Shown here in pieces: positions 19,445 to 28,847 of a stretch of 64,000 nucleotides of DNA. Below the pieces are notes generated by a model. It was not told the origin of the DNA. It saw only the letters and a program-made list of their open reading frames with translations, and searched no databases. The position numbers and the translations under genes were made by a program. The stretch comes from Candidatus Poseidoniales archaeon (lineage in GTDB: Archaea; Thermoplasmatota; Poseidoniia; Poseidoniales; Poseidoniaceae): the NCBI GenBank assembly GCA_038116375.1, contig JAYNUQ010000005.1, positions 14,036 through 78,035 of the forward strand. The letters run 5' to 3'. Position 1 is the stretch's first letter. Every line of letters begins with the position of its first letter.

Positions 19445-19522
19445 GTTTGCATGCGAGGAGGTGAAGGTCAAGAAGACAACCCTGAGGTTGAACTTCATAA
19501 TCCGTGGCCTCGTCCTCCTGTC

Positions 19523-20752
19523 ATGCCCGTGCCACCGTCTCCGCCTGTGATTGCGGATGAGGTCACTTTGGCGCGCTACCCGTTCCTGCCTCAAGCATCG
19601 GACTGGATTCGAAACATGGCGGTCCGGCACGGGATTGACCTGAACGAGCTCCTTGACGGAACATGGATGGAACAGGCGAGGCAACGTGCTCGAATACGTC
19701 TTGTTGATTCGGTTCAATCAAAAGAAGGCGTTCAGGTCGTGGGTGGCGACATTCACACCGAAGAGGGTCGACTCGTCGAAGCCTTTTCCTTTTACTACGC
19801 TCGCTTGGTCATGTGTGCCAGTGAGGACGAGCGCCTCATCGCTCGGTGGGCTCAAGCCGAAGCAGCGCGAGCCGAGCAACTTCTGATTCAGGATGCGACG
19901 AATCTCGAAGCCGTGGCTCGAACCTACCTCTCTGAAGTGGAACAACGTATGGCGGCCGCCGCCCCAACGGTGGCCTCTTCAACGATGTCCATGCGTCAAC
20001 TCCGTCAAACCTCTTCTTCAGAATGGCGCGTTGGACTGGCTGATTTTATCGAAATCTGCCCGAAGATCACCGGTCATCGCTGGCGGCTCCCCAACGTTGA
20101 CGTGGAGAAAGGTTGGGTCAAATTGCACGGCGAACGCCAATACGCTTCCTCCGCCAAACTCGCTCGTTTGCTCCGAGAACGCATCAAAGCAGGCATTGAG
20201 TCAGAAGCGCTTGAGAAAATGGCTGAAGTGACCACCGACCTCGCCGTTCGTTTGGCTGAACCGGTTGGTATGGTTCGCAACCTCATGGCGAACAAAGCCA
20301 GCGAAGCCATTGCCCTGGTGGGTGCAGAGGAAAGTGACTGGCCACCGTGCATGCAGAAAATCATCGCTGATTTGGCAGGTGGCGTCAACGTGAATCACTT
20401 TGGAAGGCTGTTCTTAGCCTCCATGTCGGCGACGCTTGCGTTGCCCGAGGAATCGTGCGTGAGCTTCTTCCGAGGTGCACCTGACTTCAGCGAGGCAACC
20501 ACAAGTTATCAGGTTCAACACGTTTACCAGCACGAGTATACGCCAGCGGGCTGTGGCAAACTCAAGGTCAACCACAACTGCCCGGTCCTCCCCGGAGACA
20601 ACCGAACCTGCGACCAACCGTGGATGGACCATCCGCTCAAATACATCCGGGCTACGCAACGCTGGAAGCGGTTGACGGACCGCTCGGATTCCTCTGCGCC
20701 GCAGAATGTGGCCAGCGAGAAAAGCGAAGAAAGCCAGAAACCCAGCGAATAA
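19523..20752 (+). CDS. priL: DNA primase large subunit PriL
   Basis: LARYPFLP N-terminal motif. C-terminal Fe-S domain with the conserved PPCM motif and four Cys (C-M…ESC…GCG…NHNC). Start set at the Met of MPVPPSPP. Confidence 0.8.
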   Translation: MPVPPSPPVIADEVTLARYPFLPQASDWIRNMAVRHGIDLNELLDGTWMEQARQRARIRLVDSVQSKEGVQVVGGDIHTEEGRLVEAFSFYYARLVMCASEDERLIARWAQAEAARAEQLLIQDATNLEAVARTYLSEVEQRMAAAAPTVASSTMSMRQLRQTSSSEWRVGLADFIEICPKITGHRWRLPNVDVEKGWVKLHGERQYASSAKLARLLRERIKAGIESEALEKMAEVTTDLAVRLAEPVGMVRNLMANKASEAIALVGAEESDWPPCMQKIIADLAGGVNVNHFGRLFLASMSATLALPEESCVSFFRGAPDFSEATTSYQVQHVYQHEYTPAGCGKLKVNHNCPVLPGDNRTCDQPWMDHPLKYIRATQRWKRLTDRSDSSAPQNVASEKSEESQKPSE

Positions 20753-20778
20753 ACCCCTGCCGCAGGCGTGTTCTCTAA

Positions 20779-22404
20779 ATGAGCGCCGTCCGTGGTGAGG
20801 GCATGGTCAGCGGCGACGAATCTTCGCTGGCGTTCTCCAAGCCCCCCCTCTCCTATCGGCTCTCCCGTTGGTTCTACCGCTTTTTGACCAACATATGGTT
20901 TCGAGAAATCAACATCGTGGACGATGAGAATTTACCTGAAGAGGGAGGCTTGCTCTACATCACCTGGCACCCAAGTGGACTGATTGACCCGATGCTGATG
21001 ACGTCGGTTCTACCGGGCCGTCTGACCACGGTGGCCAAACACACGCTGTTTCGAATTCCGCTGCTCGGCCGTTTGCTCAAGGCCTCCGGTGTGGTGCCCA
21101 TCGAACGTCCTGAGGATTCAACCGACCTCGATGCATCACGGCGAAGAAACATTTCACGACTTCACGACCTTTCTTCGCGCCTCGTTCAGGGGGGAAGCGT
21201 CTTGATTTTCCCTGAGGGCATAACGCACGGTGATGCTGGTGTTCGCACGGTTCGGTCGGGTGCGGCGCGCGTCCTTTTGAAAGCGATGCGAGATGCGAAA
21301 CAGCAGGGACGGCCAAGGCCTCACCTGGTGCCTGTCGGCCTTCATTACTCCGAGTCTCAACGTTTTCGAGAACGAGCGGCCGTGGTGATTGAGCGAGCGA
21401 TGGACCTCCCCGAGGCTCCCCCTCTTGTTGAAAGCGAGGCCGAACAGGATGCGCTCGACCGAGGATGGGTTAAGGACCTGACCGGCCAAATAGCGGTTGA
21501 ACTTGAACGGGTGAACCATTCGAAGATGTCGTGGACCGAACGTACGATGATTTGGAAGGGACGAAGTTTGGTGTATGCTGAAAAGCAACGGCAAGCCGGT
21601 GAAGCCCTCGTCAAACCTTCCTACGCCGAATCCGTGCTTGCAGCCCGGCGTCTTCGGGCGGGGTGGGAATACATGGCGCACGAGCAACCCAAGGAAACGG
21701 AAACCCTTGCAAAAGCGTGTGAAGACCATTTTTCAACTCTAGAACAGCGGGGGATCACGCCGTATGACGTGGATGCTCGACCGGAACGGCTGACGTTGCT
21801 TGGCTACGGCACCTACTTCGTCCATTGGCTCTGGGCTTTGGTGTGGATGTTCGGTTTGGTTACGTGGAGTGCCATTGCGGGAAATTATGTTCCCTACAAG
21901 ATGAACGGCTTCCTCAGTTGGATGCTCAAACGGCGGTTGCATGACTCTTCCGTCATCGGGACGGTGAAGGTGTTCTCCGCCGTGGTTTTCTTCCCGTTGT
22001 GGTGGATTTCAGTCTCAGCGCTCATCACGTGGTCGCTCCTGAGTTCAGCAAGTCCGCTGAATGAATTGCTGCTGAGCCATTGGCTCCTCCTCGAAATCAC
22101 GAACCTGCCTGTTTGGGGCGTCTTTGCGGTCTTCATGGTCTGGTGGCCCGTATCGGCAAAACTCCACCTCAAACTCTACGCTCGACTTGTACGGGGGTGG
22201 AGAAACCTCCAACGATGGGAAATCTGGAAAGACGATACCAACGAGTGGGATGCTCTGGTGCGTGAACAGCGTCGCCTTGCGAACGAACTCGTGGAACTCG
22301 GTGCAGGACTGGTGCTTCCAGGAGACGAAGATTGGCTTGACCCTCCTTCTGGCAAGGATGATGTTTCAGCCGTTCAGCGGCGACCAACGACCGCTTCACC
22401 CTAA
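20779..22404 (+). CDS. PlsC/GPAT-family 1-acyl-glycerol-3-phosphate-type acyltransferase with a C-terminal multi-TM domain
   Basis: HX(4-5)D block WHPSGLIDP. Acceptor-binding block FPEGITHGD. Four predicted TM helices in the C-terminal half. Confidence 0.7.
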   Translation: MSAVRGEGMVSGDESSLAFSKPPLSYRLSRWFYRFLTNIWFREINIVDDENLPEEGGLLYITWHPSGLIDPMLMTSVLPGRLTTVAKHTLFRIPLLGRLLKASGVVPIERPEDSTDLDASRRRNISRLHDLSSRLVQGGSVLIFPEGITHGDAGVRTVRSGAARVLLKAMRDAKQQGRPRPHLVPVGLHYSESQRFRERAAVVIERAMDLPEAPPLVESEAEQDALDRGWVKDLTGQIAVELERVNHSKMSWTERTMIWKGRSLVYAEKQRQAGEALVKPSYAESVLAARRLRAGWEYMAHEQPKETETLAKACEDHFSTLEQRGITPYDVDARPERLTLLGYGTYFVHWLWALVWMFGLVTWSAIAGNYVPYKMNGFLSWMLKRRLHDSSVIGTVKVFSAVVFFPLWWISVSALITWSLLSSASPLNELLLSHWLLLEITNLPVWGVFAVFMVWWPVSAKLHLKLYARLVRGWRNLQRWEIWKDDTNEWDALVREQRRLANELVELGAGLVLPGDEDWLDPPSGKDDVSAVQRRPTTASP

Positions 22405-22439
22405 ACCCCCGGGTTCTTGCGGGTTTCTGGCACAAGGGT

Positions 22440-23606
22440 TTGAATGAAAGGACGGTGGTGGGCCGACCAAACGGGGGTGCACGGATGACACGGACGCTGG
22501 TGTTGACGGTTGACAGGGACAACGACTTGGGGCTCAAGACCTCCATTCGGGGACCCGTGGTTGGCCGCCGTCAGGTGTTGACTGCAGCCCTCAAACTCGG
22601 CATCTCCGATCCAGAAGAAAGCGATACCAACGCCATCCTCGGGGCGCTCAAGCAGCACGACCTTCTCGCTGAAGGAAAATCGGAGGAGGACGATGTTGAA
22701 ATTGCCATCCTCACCGGTGATGAAAAGGTTGGTGTACGCTCTGACCGAGCCATCGCAGCGCAATTGGACGAAGTGGTTTCAGCCTTCCAACCCGATCAAG
22801 CCATTCTGGTCACCGACGGTGCCGAAGACGAAAGCGTCCTTCCCATCATCACCTCACAGGTTCGAATTGACCATGTCGAGAAGGTCATCGTGAAACAGTC
22901 CAAGGGCATCGAAAGCACGTATTACTACATCATCAAAGCCCTTGAAGACCCAAAGTGGAGGTCAAAAATCATGGTTCCATTCGGCGCAGTGTTGGCCATT
23001 TTGGGACTCGGCATCATGCTTCCCAATGAAATCGGTGGCATCGTCATCGGTGCGCTTCCTTTGGCCTTGGGACTGTACATCTTCAGCAAGGGCGCAGGCA
23101 TTGAATCAACCGTTAACCGTGTCATTCAGGAAATGCGAGAGAACGCCGATGCGGCGATGTTTTCCTCGCTGTTGTGGACGGCTACGTTGTTCAGTGCCAT
23201 CTTCGCTGTGGCTGAGGGATGGCGGGCGTTTGGCGTCTCCGAAGCCACCGCAAATTCCCAATCGGTGTTGTGGTTAAGCGTGATTCACTCTTCGCTGGCG
23301 TGGACGGTTATCGCGTTCCTCACCTCAACGGCTGGCTTCATGCTCTTGCGCCTAAAACGCGGTTCGTTTTCGGGCAGCCTCATCGTGCTGAGCGTGTTCG
23401 GCATGGTGGTCTATTCCTTCCTCAACTCGGCGCTCGACATCGCCATTCGTGTGCTGAGCGGCACCTCCTACGAGTTCAGCGTTGAGATGATTCTCAACGA
23501 CCTGACCACGCCGCTGATTTGGGTCGTTGTGCTGTGGATGGTCACCACCGTCGTGCGCACCTTGCAGACCCGTCAAGCACAAGCCGACCGCTATTGGGGC
23601 ATATGA
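22440..23606 (+). CDS. DUF373-like archaeal membrane protein (cytoplasmic N-domain plus 6-7 TM)
   Basis: …LVLTVDRDNDLG… N-terminal domain followed by a hydrophobic C-terminal half; start may be the Met of MTRTLVL (22485). Confidence 0.5.
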   Translation: MNERTVVGRPNGGARMTRTLVLTVDRDNDLGLKTSIRGPVVGRRQVLTAALKLGISDPEESDTNAILGALKQHDLLAEGKSEEDDVEIAILTGDEKVGVRSDRAIAAQLDEVVSAFQPDQAILVTDGAEDESVLPIITSQVRIDHVEKVIVKQSKGIESTYYYIIKALEDPKWRSKIMVPFGAVLAILGLGIMLPNEIGGIVIGALPLALGLYIFSKGAGIESTVNRVIQEMRENADAAMFSSLLWTATLFSAIFAVAEGWRAFGVSEATANSQSVLWLSVIHSSLAWTVIAFLTSTAGFMLLRLKRGSFSGSLIVLSVFGMVVYSFLNSALDIAIRVLSGTSYEFSVEMILNDLTTPLIWVVVLWMVTTVVRTLQTRQAQADRYWGI

Positions 23607-23690
23607 GCGCACCAAGACCCATCACGAAACGCTTCAAGCGTGGGCAGTTCCATCGTGAACACCTAAAGCAAGTCATCCATTGGCGTCGTC

Positions 23691-24113
23691 ATGGGCACGG
23701 TTCCTGAGCATGAATTGGTGGCTGTCCGCAACATGACGGGCTACGACCAAATGTTGGAAATTGACCGATTGTGCAAGACCTACGGCGTGGATGAAGCCAC
23801 CTTGCAAGCCTTGCTATCGGCGAGCGGCGCCTCAGGAGCAACGGCACCTCCACCCTCGGCTCAATCGTGGGACACCTCGCACAAAGACGTCCCGGGTCTC
23901 GGCCAGGCAGGTCCGCCAGCCGCACCCACGGTCGTCGACAAGCGGCAATTTCGGTTTGAATACGACCCGAGCAGGGAAGCAGCAGAGCGACGGGAGCAGG
24001 TCAGTCAGGCCATTTTGTGTTCAGCGTGCGGTGTTGCCTTGGGCATTCCCGACGTTCGCCCCATCAAGGTGACCTGCCCGGCTTGTCTCTTCGAGACCAC
24101 CTACACCAACTGA
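23691..24113 (+). CDS. small protein with a C-terminal zinc ribbon
   Basis: CSACG…(17 aa)…CPAC at the C-terminus; Pro/Ala-rich linker. Confidence 0.45.
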   Translation: MGTVPEHELVAVRNMTGYDQMLEIDRLCKTYGVDEATLQALLSASGASGATAPPPSAQSWDTSHKDVPGLGQAGPPAAPTVVDKRQFRFEYDPSREAAERREQVSQAILCSACGVALGIPDVRPIKVTCPACLFETTYTN

Positions 24114-24151
24114 AAGGCGGGTTCATGTACACCGATTGAGGAGGGCCATGC

Positions 24152-24967
24152 ATGCACGAAGGCTCGCCACGTCGTTGGCCCTATTCTGCGAACAATTCGC
24201 CTTTGGCGCTGCCCGAACATCCCATTCTGTATACGCCTGAGGAAGTGATACTGCTCGATCGCTTTGCAGGCGAGGTCTCGGAGGATGAACTTCAAGGCGA
24301 TATGTTCCATGCCTATGTACAACGATTTGGAACCGAGGACCACACGCTTGAACAGCTTCTGGCTTCCGCAGACGCCGCCCCGATTGAGCAACGACGCCCC
24401 GTTCTTCTTCAGGGCGAACTCGCAAATCCATATCGCCTTCGCGACATCAACATGGGGCCTCTGCCCGTGCTGACCGTTCGATTGGAGGGCATTTGCAGAA
24501 CGTGGGCTGACGGTCTGGACCCGCGAGACACCTATCCGGGAGTTCATCACGTGACGCTGGCCCGTACTCCGGGTTGGTGGGAGCGCTCTCACATTGGTTT
24601 GGCCACCAAAGACCAACTCAAACGGATTCGAGACTGGCTGGATAACGGGGTTCGCTCGACATGGCGTCCGGTCAAACTCGCTGAGGGTGGCGTTCGTTTC
24701 GAGCACGATGCAGGATTAACGCCGCCAGCATCGGCTGATGTTGAGTGGGACGGGGCTACCGAACGGGTCTCCCTTGCCGCTCCATCGCCAACCGGGCCTC
24801 CAATTGCGCTTGATGCACTGCTTGTTGTGGTTCACACCCGACAGGGCTGCTACAACCACCGAGGGCGAATCGCACGCTGTGTTCACATGCACCAGCGCCA
24901 ATTTCACGAGGGTTTGTTCAGAAAAGGGTCGTCCCACCGCTGGAATGAAATTCTCACGCTGAAGTAG
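24152..24967 (+). CDS. hypothetical protein
   Basis: 271-aa ORF in a tight head-to-tail pair with the zinc-ribbon protein; no recognisable motif. Confidence 0.4.
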   Translation: MHEGSPRRWPYSANNSPLALPEHPILYTPEEVILLDRFAGEVSEDELQGDMFHAYVQRFGTEDHTLEQLLASADAAPIEQRRPVLLQGELANPYRLRDINMGPLPVLTVRLEGICRTWADGLDPRDTYPGVHHVTLARTPGWWERSHIGLATKDQLKRIRDWLDNGVRSTWRPVKLAEGGVRFEHDAGLTPPASADVEWDGATERVSLAAPSPTGPPIALDALLVVVHTRQGCYNHRGRIARCVHMHQRQFHEGLFRKGSSHRWNEILTLK

Positions 24968-25988
24968 GCGAACGAAGGTAGTGCTCTATGCGCTCCTCTC
25001 CCCAGACGTATTCGTGTTCAAGCCTTAACCCAGAGGCCGCAAGCATATCGGTGCTTAACCCGGCGTCAACCGGTTCCTGATGAACGACGCTGCTGTGAAC
25101 GAGAAAAACCTCGTCGACCAGGCCTGCCTTGAGGAATCGATGAACGGTGGTTGGCCCACCCTCGACCAAGAGGCGTTGGATGTCTTTGTCGGCCAGTTGT
25201 TGGAGCAACGATTTCAAGCCCGTGAAGTCGTTTTGCATCAACAAGGTTTCACCATCGTCGTGCAGCAGTTGCGATGACGTGTTGATACGCTGATTTGGGT
25301 CGATGACGATTCGCAAGGGTTGTCGAGAGGAGGGGACGAGACGGACGTTGAGCTGTGGGTCGTCTCGATTGACGGTCTCAACACCCACCAAGACGGCATC
25401 GCAATCTCTTCGCAATTCGTGAACCTTTTCCAAGCACCCCTGAGATGTGAAACGCTGCGGGTCTTGAGAACGGTCATCAACCGAGCCGTTGGCGTCCAAA
25501 GCCAATTTCACCGTGACCAGCGGGAGGCGATGCTCGCACCAGTGCATGAAGCCACGCATCTGTTCGTACGCTTCGTCGCTCATGAGGCCAACACGGGTTG
25601 GAATGCCGGCCGATTCAAGCACATGGCAACCGTTGCCCCGAACGGTGGGGTTCGGGTCGTGATGGGCGATGACCACCTCCTTGACCCCTGCCCACATCAG
25701 CGCTTCCGTGCAGGGCGGAGTTCGTCCGAAATGATTGCACGGTTCGAGGGTGACGTAGGCCGTCGAGCCGTTGGGTGAATGGCCCTTTTCTTCGGCATCA
25801 TGAATCGCCATTTGTTCGGCGTGCAGGCCACCGAGGTGATCGTGCCATCCTTCAGCGATGACCGTGCCGTCTTTGACCAGGACACAGCCAACCAGCGGAT
25901 TTGGGCTGACTTTTCCCCGGCCGCGCTCAGCGACCAAAAGTGCATGTTCCATGAACATGCGGTCGTCCTCACTCCATGCGTCTGCCAC
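24954..25988 (-). CDS. ribD: bifunctional riboflavin biosynthesis protein RibD (deaminase plus reductase)
   Basis: CMP/dCMP-type deaminase zinc motifs HAEQMA and PCNHFGRTPPC. C-terminal dihydrofolate-reductase-like reductase domain. Confidence 0.85.
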   Translation of the reverse strand: MADAWSEDDRMFMEHALLVAERGRGKVSPNPLVGCVLVKDGTVIAEGWHDHLGGLHAEQMAIHDAEEKGHSPNGSTAYVTLEPCNHFGRTPPCTEALMWAGVKEVVIAHHDPNPTVRGNGCHVLESAGIPTRVGLMSDEAYEQMRGFMHWCEHRLPLVTVKLALDANGSVDDRSQDPQRFTSQGCLEKVHELRRDCDAVLVGVETVNRDDPQLNVRLVPSSRQPLRIVIDPNQRINTSSQLLHDDGETLLMQNDFTGLKSLLQQLADKDIQRLLVEGGPTTVHRFLKAGLVDEVFLVHSSVVHQEPVDAGLSTDMLAASGLRLEHEYVWGEERIEHYLRSPTSA

Positions 25989-26060
25989 GGTTCGCCCACG
26001 GACCTCTTGTTCATGACTGCTTGCATTGATGCTGGGGCCAAAATGCGACGAAAAACCACA

Positions 26061-26100
26061 TTTTATTCAATATTCATTGAATATTATTCAATACGCATAT
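26061..26100. promoter_or_regulatory. AT-rich operator/promoter island: two ATTCAATA direct repeats flanking a 17-bp near-perfect palindrome AATATTCATTGAATATT
   Basis: Sequence ttttattcaatattcattgaatattattcaatacgcatat within the 168-bp divergent ribD / lipid-kinase intergenic region. The background is otherwise about 60% GC. Confidence 0.5.
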
Positions 26101-26156
26101 TTGCACAAAGGCCCCGTTGGAGAAGCATTCAAGCGGTGCAGTGCACTGACGAAGAC

Positions 26157-27215
26157 ATGGCGAAGAACCAGACCGAAGGTTTGCAAGAACCCATGACGTT
26201 CCAAGCCGACGGCGCCAGCCGCCGAAAAAAAGGTGCGCAACGGCCCGTGTTTGCCGATGTCTTCCAGTTGGACGGTGAAACCGTTGACCTCCCCACAAAG
26301 GTGCATTTGCTGGTGAATCCCTATGCTGGCAAGAAACGAGGCAGGGATGTGGCAAAGCGGGTGATTGAACTCGTTGAGCAGGCCGGTGTTGGGATCGATT
26401 GTTCGTATTCAGCCTACAGCGGTCATTTGGTGACCATGGCCTCAGCTTTGGTGGTTGATGAGCACGACATCATTGCGGTTGTTGGCGGCGACGGTTCTCT
26501 GTCAGAGGTCATATCAGGTCGGATGCTCCTCGGGTCTTCCCGTAAGGAGACCTTTGCGGTGATTCCCGCTGGAACCGGCAATTCGCATGCTCACGATCTC
26601 CGATTATCATCCGTTGAAGCGGCCGTTGAAGCGATGCTGCGCGGTCATCGGCAAGCACTTGACTTGGCCAGAGTAGAGTTGACCGAAGGACTGCCCGGGG
26701 CCACCGCTGAACCCATGGTTCGCTACAGCCACAACCTCGTGACCTGGGGACTGGGTGTTGACTCGACCATTCAAGCAGAAAAAATGCGGTGGATGGGGCC
26801 TGCACGCTATGATGTAGGTATCCTGTTGGCCATTCTTGCGAACCGTCGTCGAACGGCCACCCTCACCCTTGACGACCGTTTTATCACCGATGATTTCACG
26901 CTCTTTCTGGTGCAGAACACCCAAACGGGCGGCTCAATGTTGCCCCTTGCCCCGGGTGCCAGCACCGATGATGGCTTGATGGACATTGGCATTTTGAAGA
27001 AAATGAGTCGTCGGGACGTGCTCAAAGCTTTTGGGATGCTCAAAAAAGAAGGGCGTCATGTGTTTCATCCACGCGTGGATTACCACCGATTCACAACCCT
27101 CAAGATCGAGACCGAAGAGCCCACGGCCATCAACATCGACGGTGAAAACATTGGGTCAACGCCGCTGAGCATGAGCGTGCTCAAACACGCTGCCTACATC
27201 ATGCGTCCTGCCTAG
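26157..27215 (+). CDS. DAGK_cat / YegS-BmrU family lipid kinase
   Basis: LLVNPYAGKKRG and VVGGDGSLSEV…IPAGTGNSHAHDL signatures. Start set at MAKNQTEG; the long upstream ORF extension is antisense to ribD. Confidence 0.75.
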   Translation: MAKNQTEGLQEPMTFQADGASRRKKGAQRPVFADVFQLDGETVDLPTKVHLLVNPYAGKKRGRDVAKRVIELVEQAGVGIDCSYSAYSGHLVTMASALVVDEHDIIAVVGGDGSLSEVISGRMLLGSSRKETFAVIPAGTGNSHAHDLRLSSVEAAVEAMLRGHRQALDLARVELTEGLPGATAEPMVRYSHNLVTWGLGVDSTIQAEKMRWMGPARYDVGILLAILANRRRTATLTLDDRFITDDFTLFLVQNTQTGGSMLPLAPGASTDDGLMDIGILKKMSRRDVLKAFGMLKKEGRHVFHPRVDYHRFTTLKIETEEPTAINIDGENIGSTPLSMSVLKHAAYIMRPA

Positions 27216-28660
27216 AACGAGAAGTCGGAGAACTCTTCCTCTTCCTCGTAGGCCTGCTTGGGTGCAGGAGCGGGTGCGTCTTCAGTAGGTTTTGCCTTCT
27301 TCACCGCCTTTCGTCGGCGAACCTGCGGCTTCTTCGTTTCCTGCTCCGGTGCGGCTTCGGATTGGGTGCTGGTTGGTGGAGCGCTACGGCGTTGTCGCGT
27401 CATTGAGGCAGGGAGAGAGGAGGTCGGAGCCTCCTGTTGCGTGTTCATTCGGTCCATTTCCTCGGCCGCTTCGGTGACCACCACCGAACTTTTTCTTCCG
27501 GTCGGTGCAGATGAACCTCGACCACTTGAGGTGGAAGCAAGGACGCTGTCGAGATCAAATCCACCAAGGTCGACATCATCGTTCTTTGCTGCCTTTTGCG
27601 GTGGTGCCTTCTGCTTTTTCTCTTCTTTTGATTTGCGTTCTTTGTTGATGCGTCGTTGCCGTTCCTCAGGAGATTCCATGCCGGCCTTCTTGGCGGCCTT
27701 TGCGTCGGTTTTGACGCTGGCGGCCTTCTTCATGCCCTCATCACCGATGAGGATACGCATGGACTTCCCAGCGGTTTTGATCATCATTTGTTTCGAGACG
27801 ACAAAGAGACCAACAGCCCCACCAAAGCCACCAGCGAGGAAGAAGAGAATGAATCCACTGCGTCCGAGGATGGGCACATCGCCCTGCACCCATTCGTCGT
27901 CGGCTTCACCGTTGGACGAAACGGTGGCGCCGTCGAGCGAAATCTGCTTCACCAGAACATAAGCGTCTTCCTTGTTGCTCGTTCCAACGGCCATCGAACA
28001 ATCGCTGTTCGCCTTGTGCCAGGTTGCTTGGTAGCCGTATTGGCTCTGACTGGAGTTTGAACCGGTCACCAGGTAGCCGTGGACCACCACGGGTTGATGC
28101 CACTCGTTGAGCGCTTTCATGCCCTTGAGCACGTTTTCGGTGGTTGGAATCAGTCCAAGAACAAACCAGTCGGTGTCGGATTCGGAATCCACCTCGTCGA
28201 TGTCGACGCTTCCGGCCCCCGTGTCGGGTTGAAGCGGAAGCGCCCATTGTTTGACGTCGATTCTGGCTCCTTCGCCATCGACCACTGAAGCGGCCTGTTC
28301 GAAGGGCATGGATTGGATGGCGACGGCGGTGGTGACGCCCAAATCGAGGCCGCGGGCGCCCATGATGCTGTCGTGGGCGTCGTAGAATTGGCTCGCTGCA
28401 AGATAACCCGTGAACGTGATCGCTTCGCCTACGCCGGCTTCAAGACTGCCGCCATCGCTTCCGGGTGTGCAGCCAACGGGCAGAAGGTCACTGACCGTTC
28501 GAGGCTCGCCCAAGAGGGTGCTTTTGACCGTGGTTCCTTCCATTGAGAAATCAACGTCCACCGCTCCTGAACCCGTTCCCCAATCGGCAGAGGAGGGCCC
28601 AAGACAGCCCGCAAGAAGCATGCTGGCGATGAGACAGATGGCGAGCGTGGCCTTGCGCAT
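27212..28660 (-). CDS. surface lipoprotein with a single TM and a Lys-rich cytoplasmic tail
   Basis: Lipobox LLAGC. Extracellular domain. TM (FILFFLAGGFGGAVGLFVV). Basic/acidic tail ending EEEEEFSDFSF. Confidence 0.6.
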   Translation of the reverse strand: MRKATLAICLIASMLLAGCLGPSSADWGTGSGAVDVDFSMEGTTVKSTLLGEPRTVSDLLPVGCTPGSDGGSLEAGVGEAITFTGYLAASQFYDAHDSIMGARGLDLGVTTAVAIQSMPFEQAASVVDGEGARIDVKQWALPLQPDTGAGSVDIDEVDSESDTDWFVLGLIPTTENVLKGMKALNEWHQPVVVHGYLVTGSNSSQSQYGYQATWHKANSDCSMAVGTSNKEDAYVLVKQISLDGATVSSNGEADDEWVQGDVPILGRSGFILFFLAGGFGGAVGLFVVSKQMMIKTAGKSMRILIGDEGMKKAASVKTDAKAAKKAGMESPEERQRRINKERKSKEEKKQKAPPQKAAKNDDVDLGGFDLDSVLASTSSGRGSSAPTGRKSSVVVTEAAEEMDRMNTQQEAPTSSLPASMTRQRRSAPPTSTQSEAAPEQETKKPQVRRRKAVKKAKPTEDAPAPAPKQAYEEEEEFSDFSF

Positions 28661-28714
28661 GCACCGTTGAGGGAGGGTGGAGTTTGAGAAGTCTTCCCTG
28701 ATAATTATCGGAGG

Positions 28715-28800
28715 GATGGTGGCGCAGTCGGAGAGATTTGAACTCCCGAGTCACGGGGACACCGGATTTCAAATCCGGCGCAATACCAGGCTATGCGACG
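28715..28800 (-). tRNA. tRNA-Ser (anticodon UGA), CCA encoded
   Basis: Folded by hand. Acceptor stem GCAGTCG/CGACTGC (7 bp). 3-bp D stem with GG in the loop. Anticodon stem CCGGA/TCCGG with loop TTTGAAA. 14-nt variable arm. T arm GGGAG-TTCAAAT-CTCTC. Discriminator G plus CCA. Confidence 0.8.
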
Positions 28801-28847
28801 ACTGCTTCACGCCGTACGGAGGGGCCCCGCTTTTTCTTCTTTCGCCC

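Noticed and set aside
19082-19522. N-terminal 147 aa of the 556-aa PriL ORF
   Set aside because: It is antisense to the MptE-like gene and is an unconserved Arg/His-rich sequence. The conserved PriL N-terminal motif (ARYPFLP) begins right after the internal Met at 19523.
25779-26156. N-terminal extension of the lipid-kinase ORF
   Set aside because: It runs antisense through the ribD start and across the AT-rich promoter island. The kinase family signature begins after the Met at 26157.
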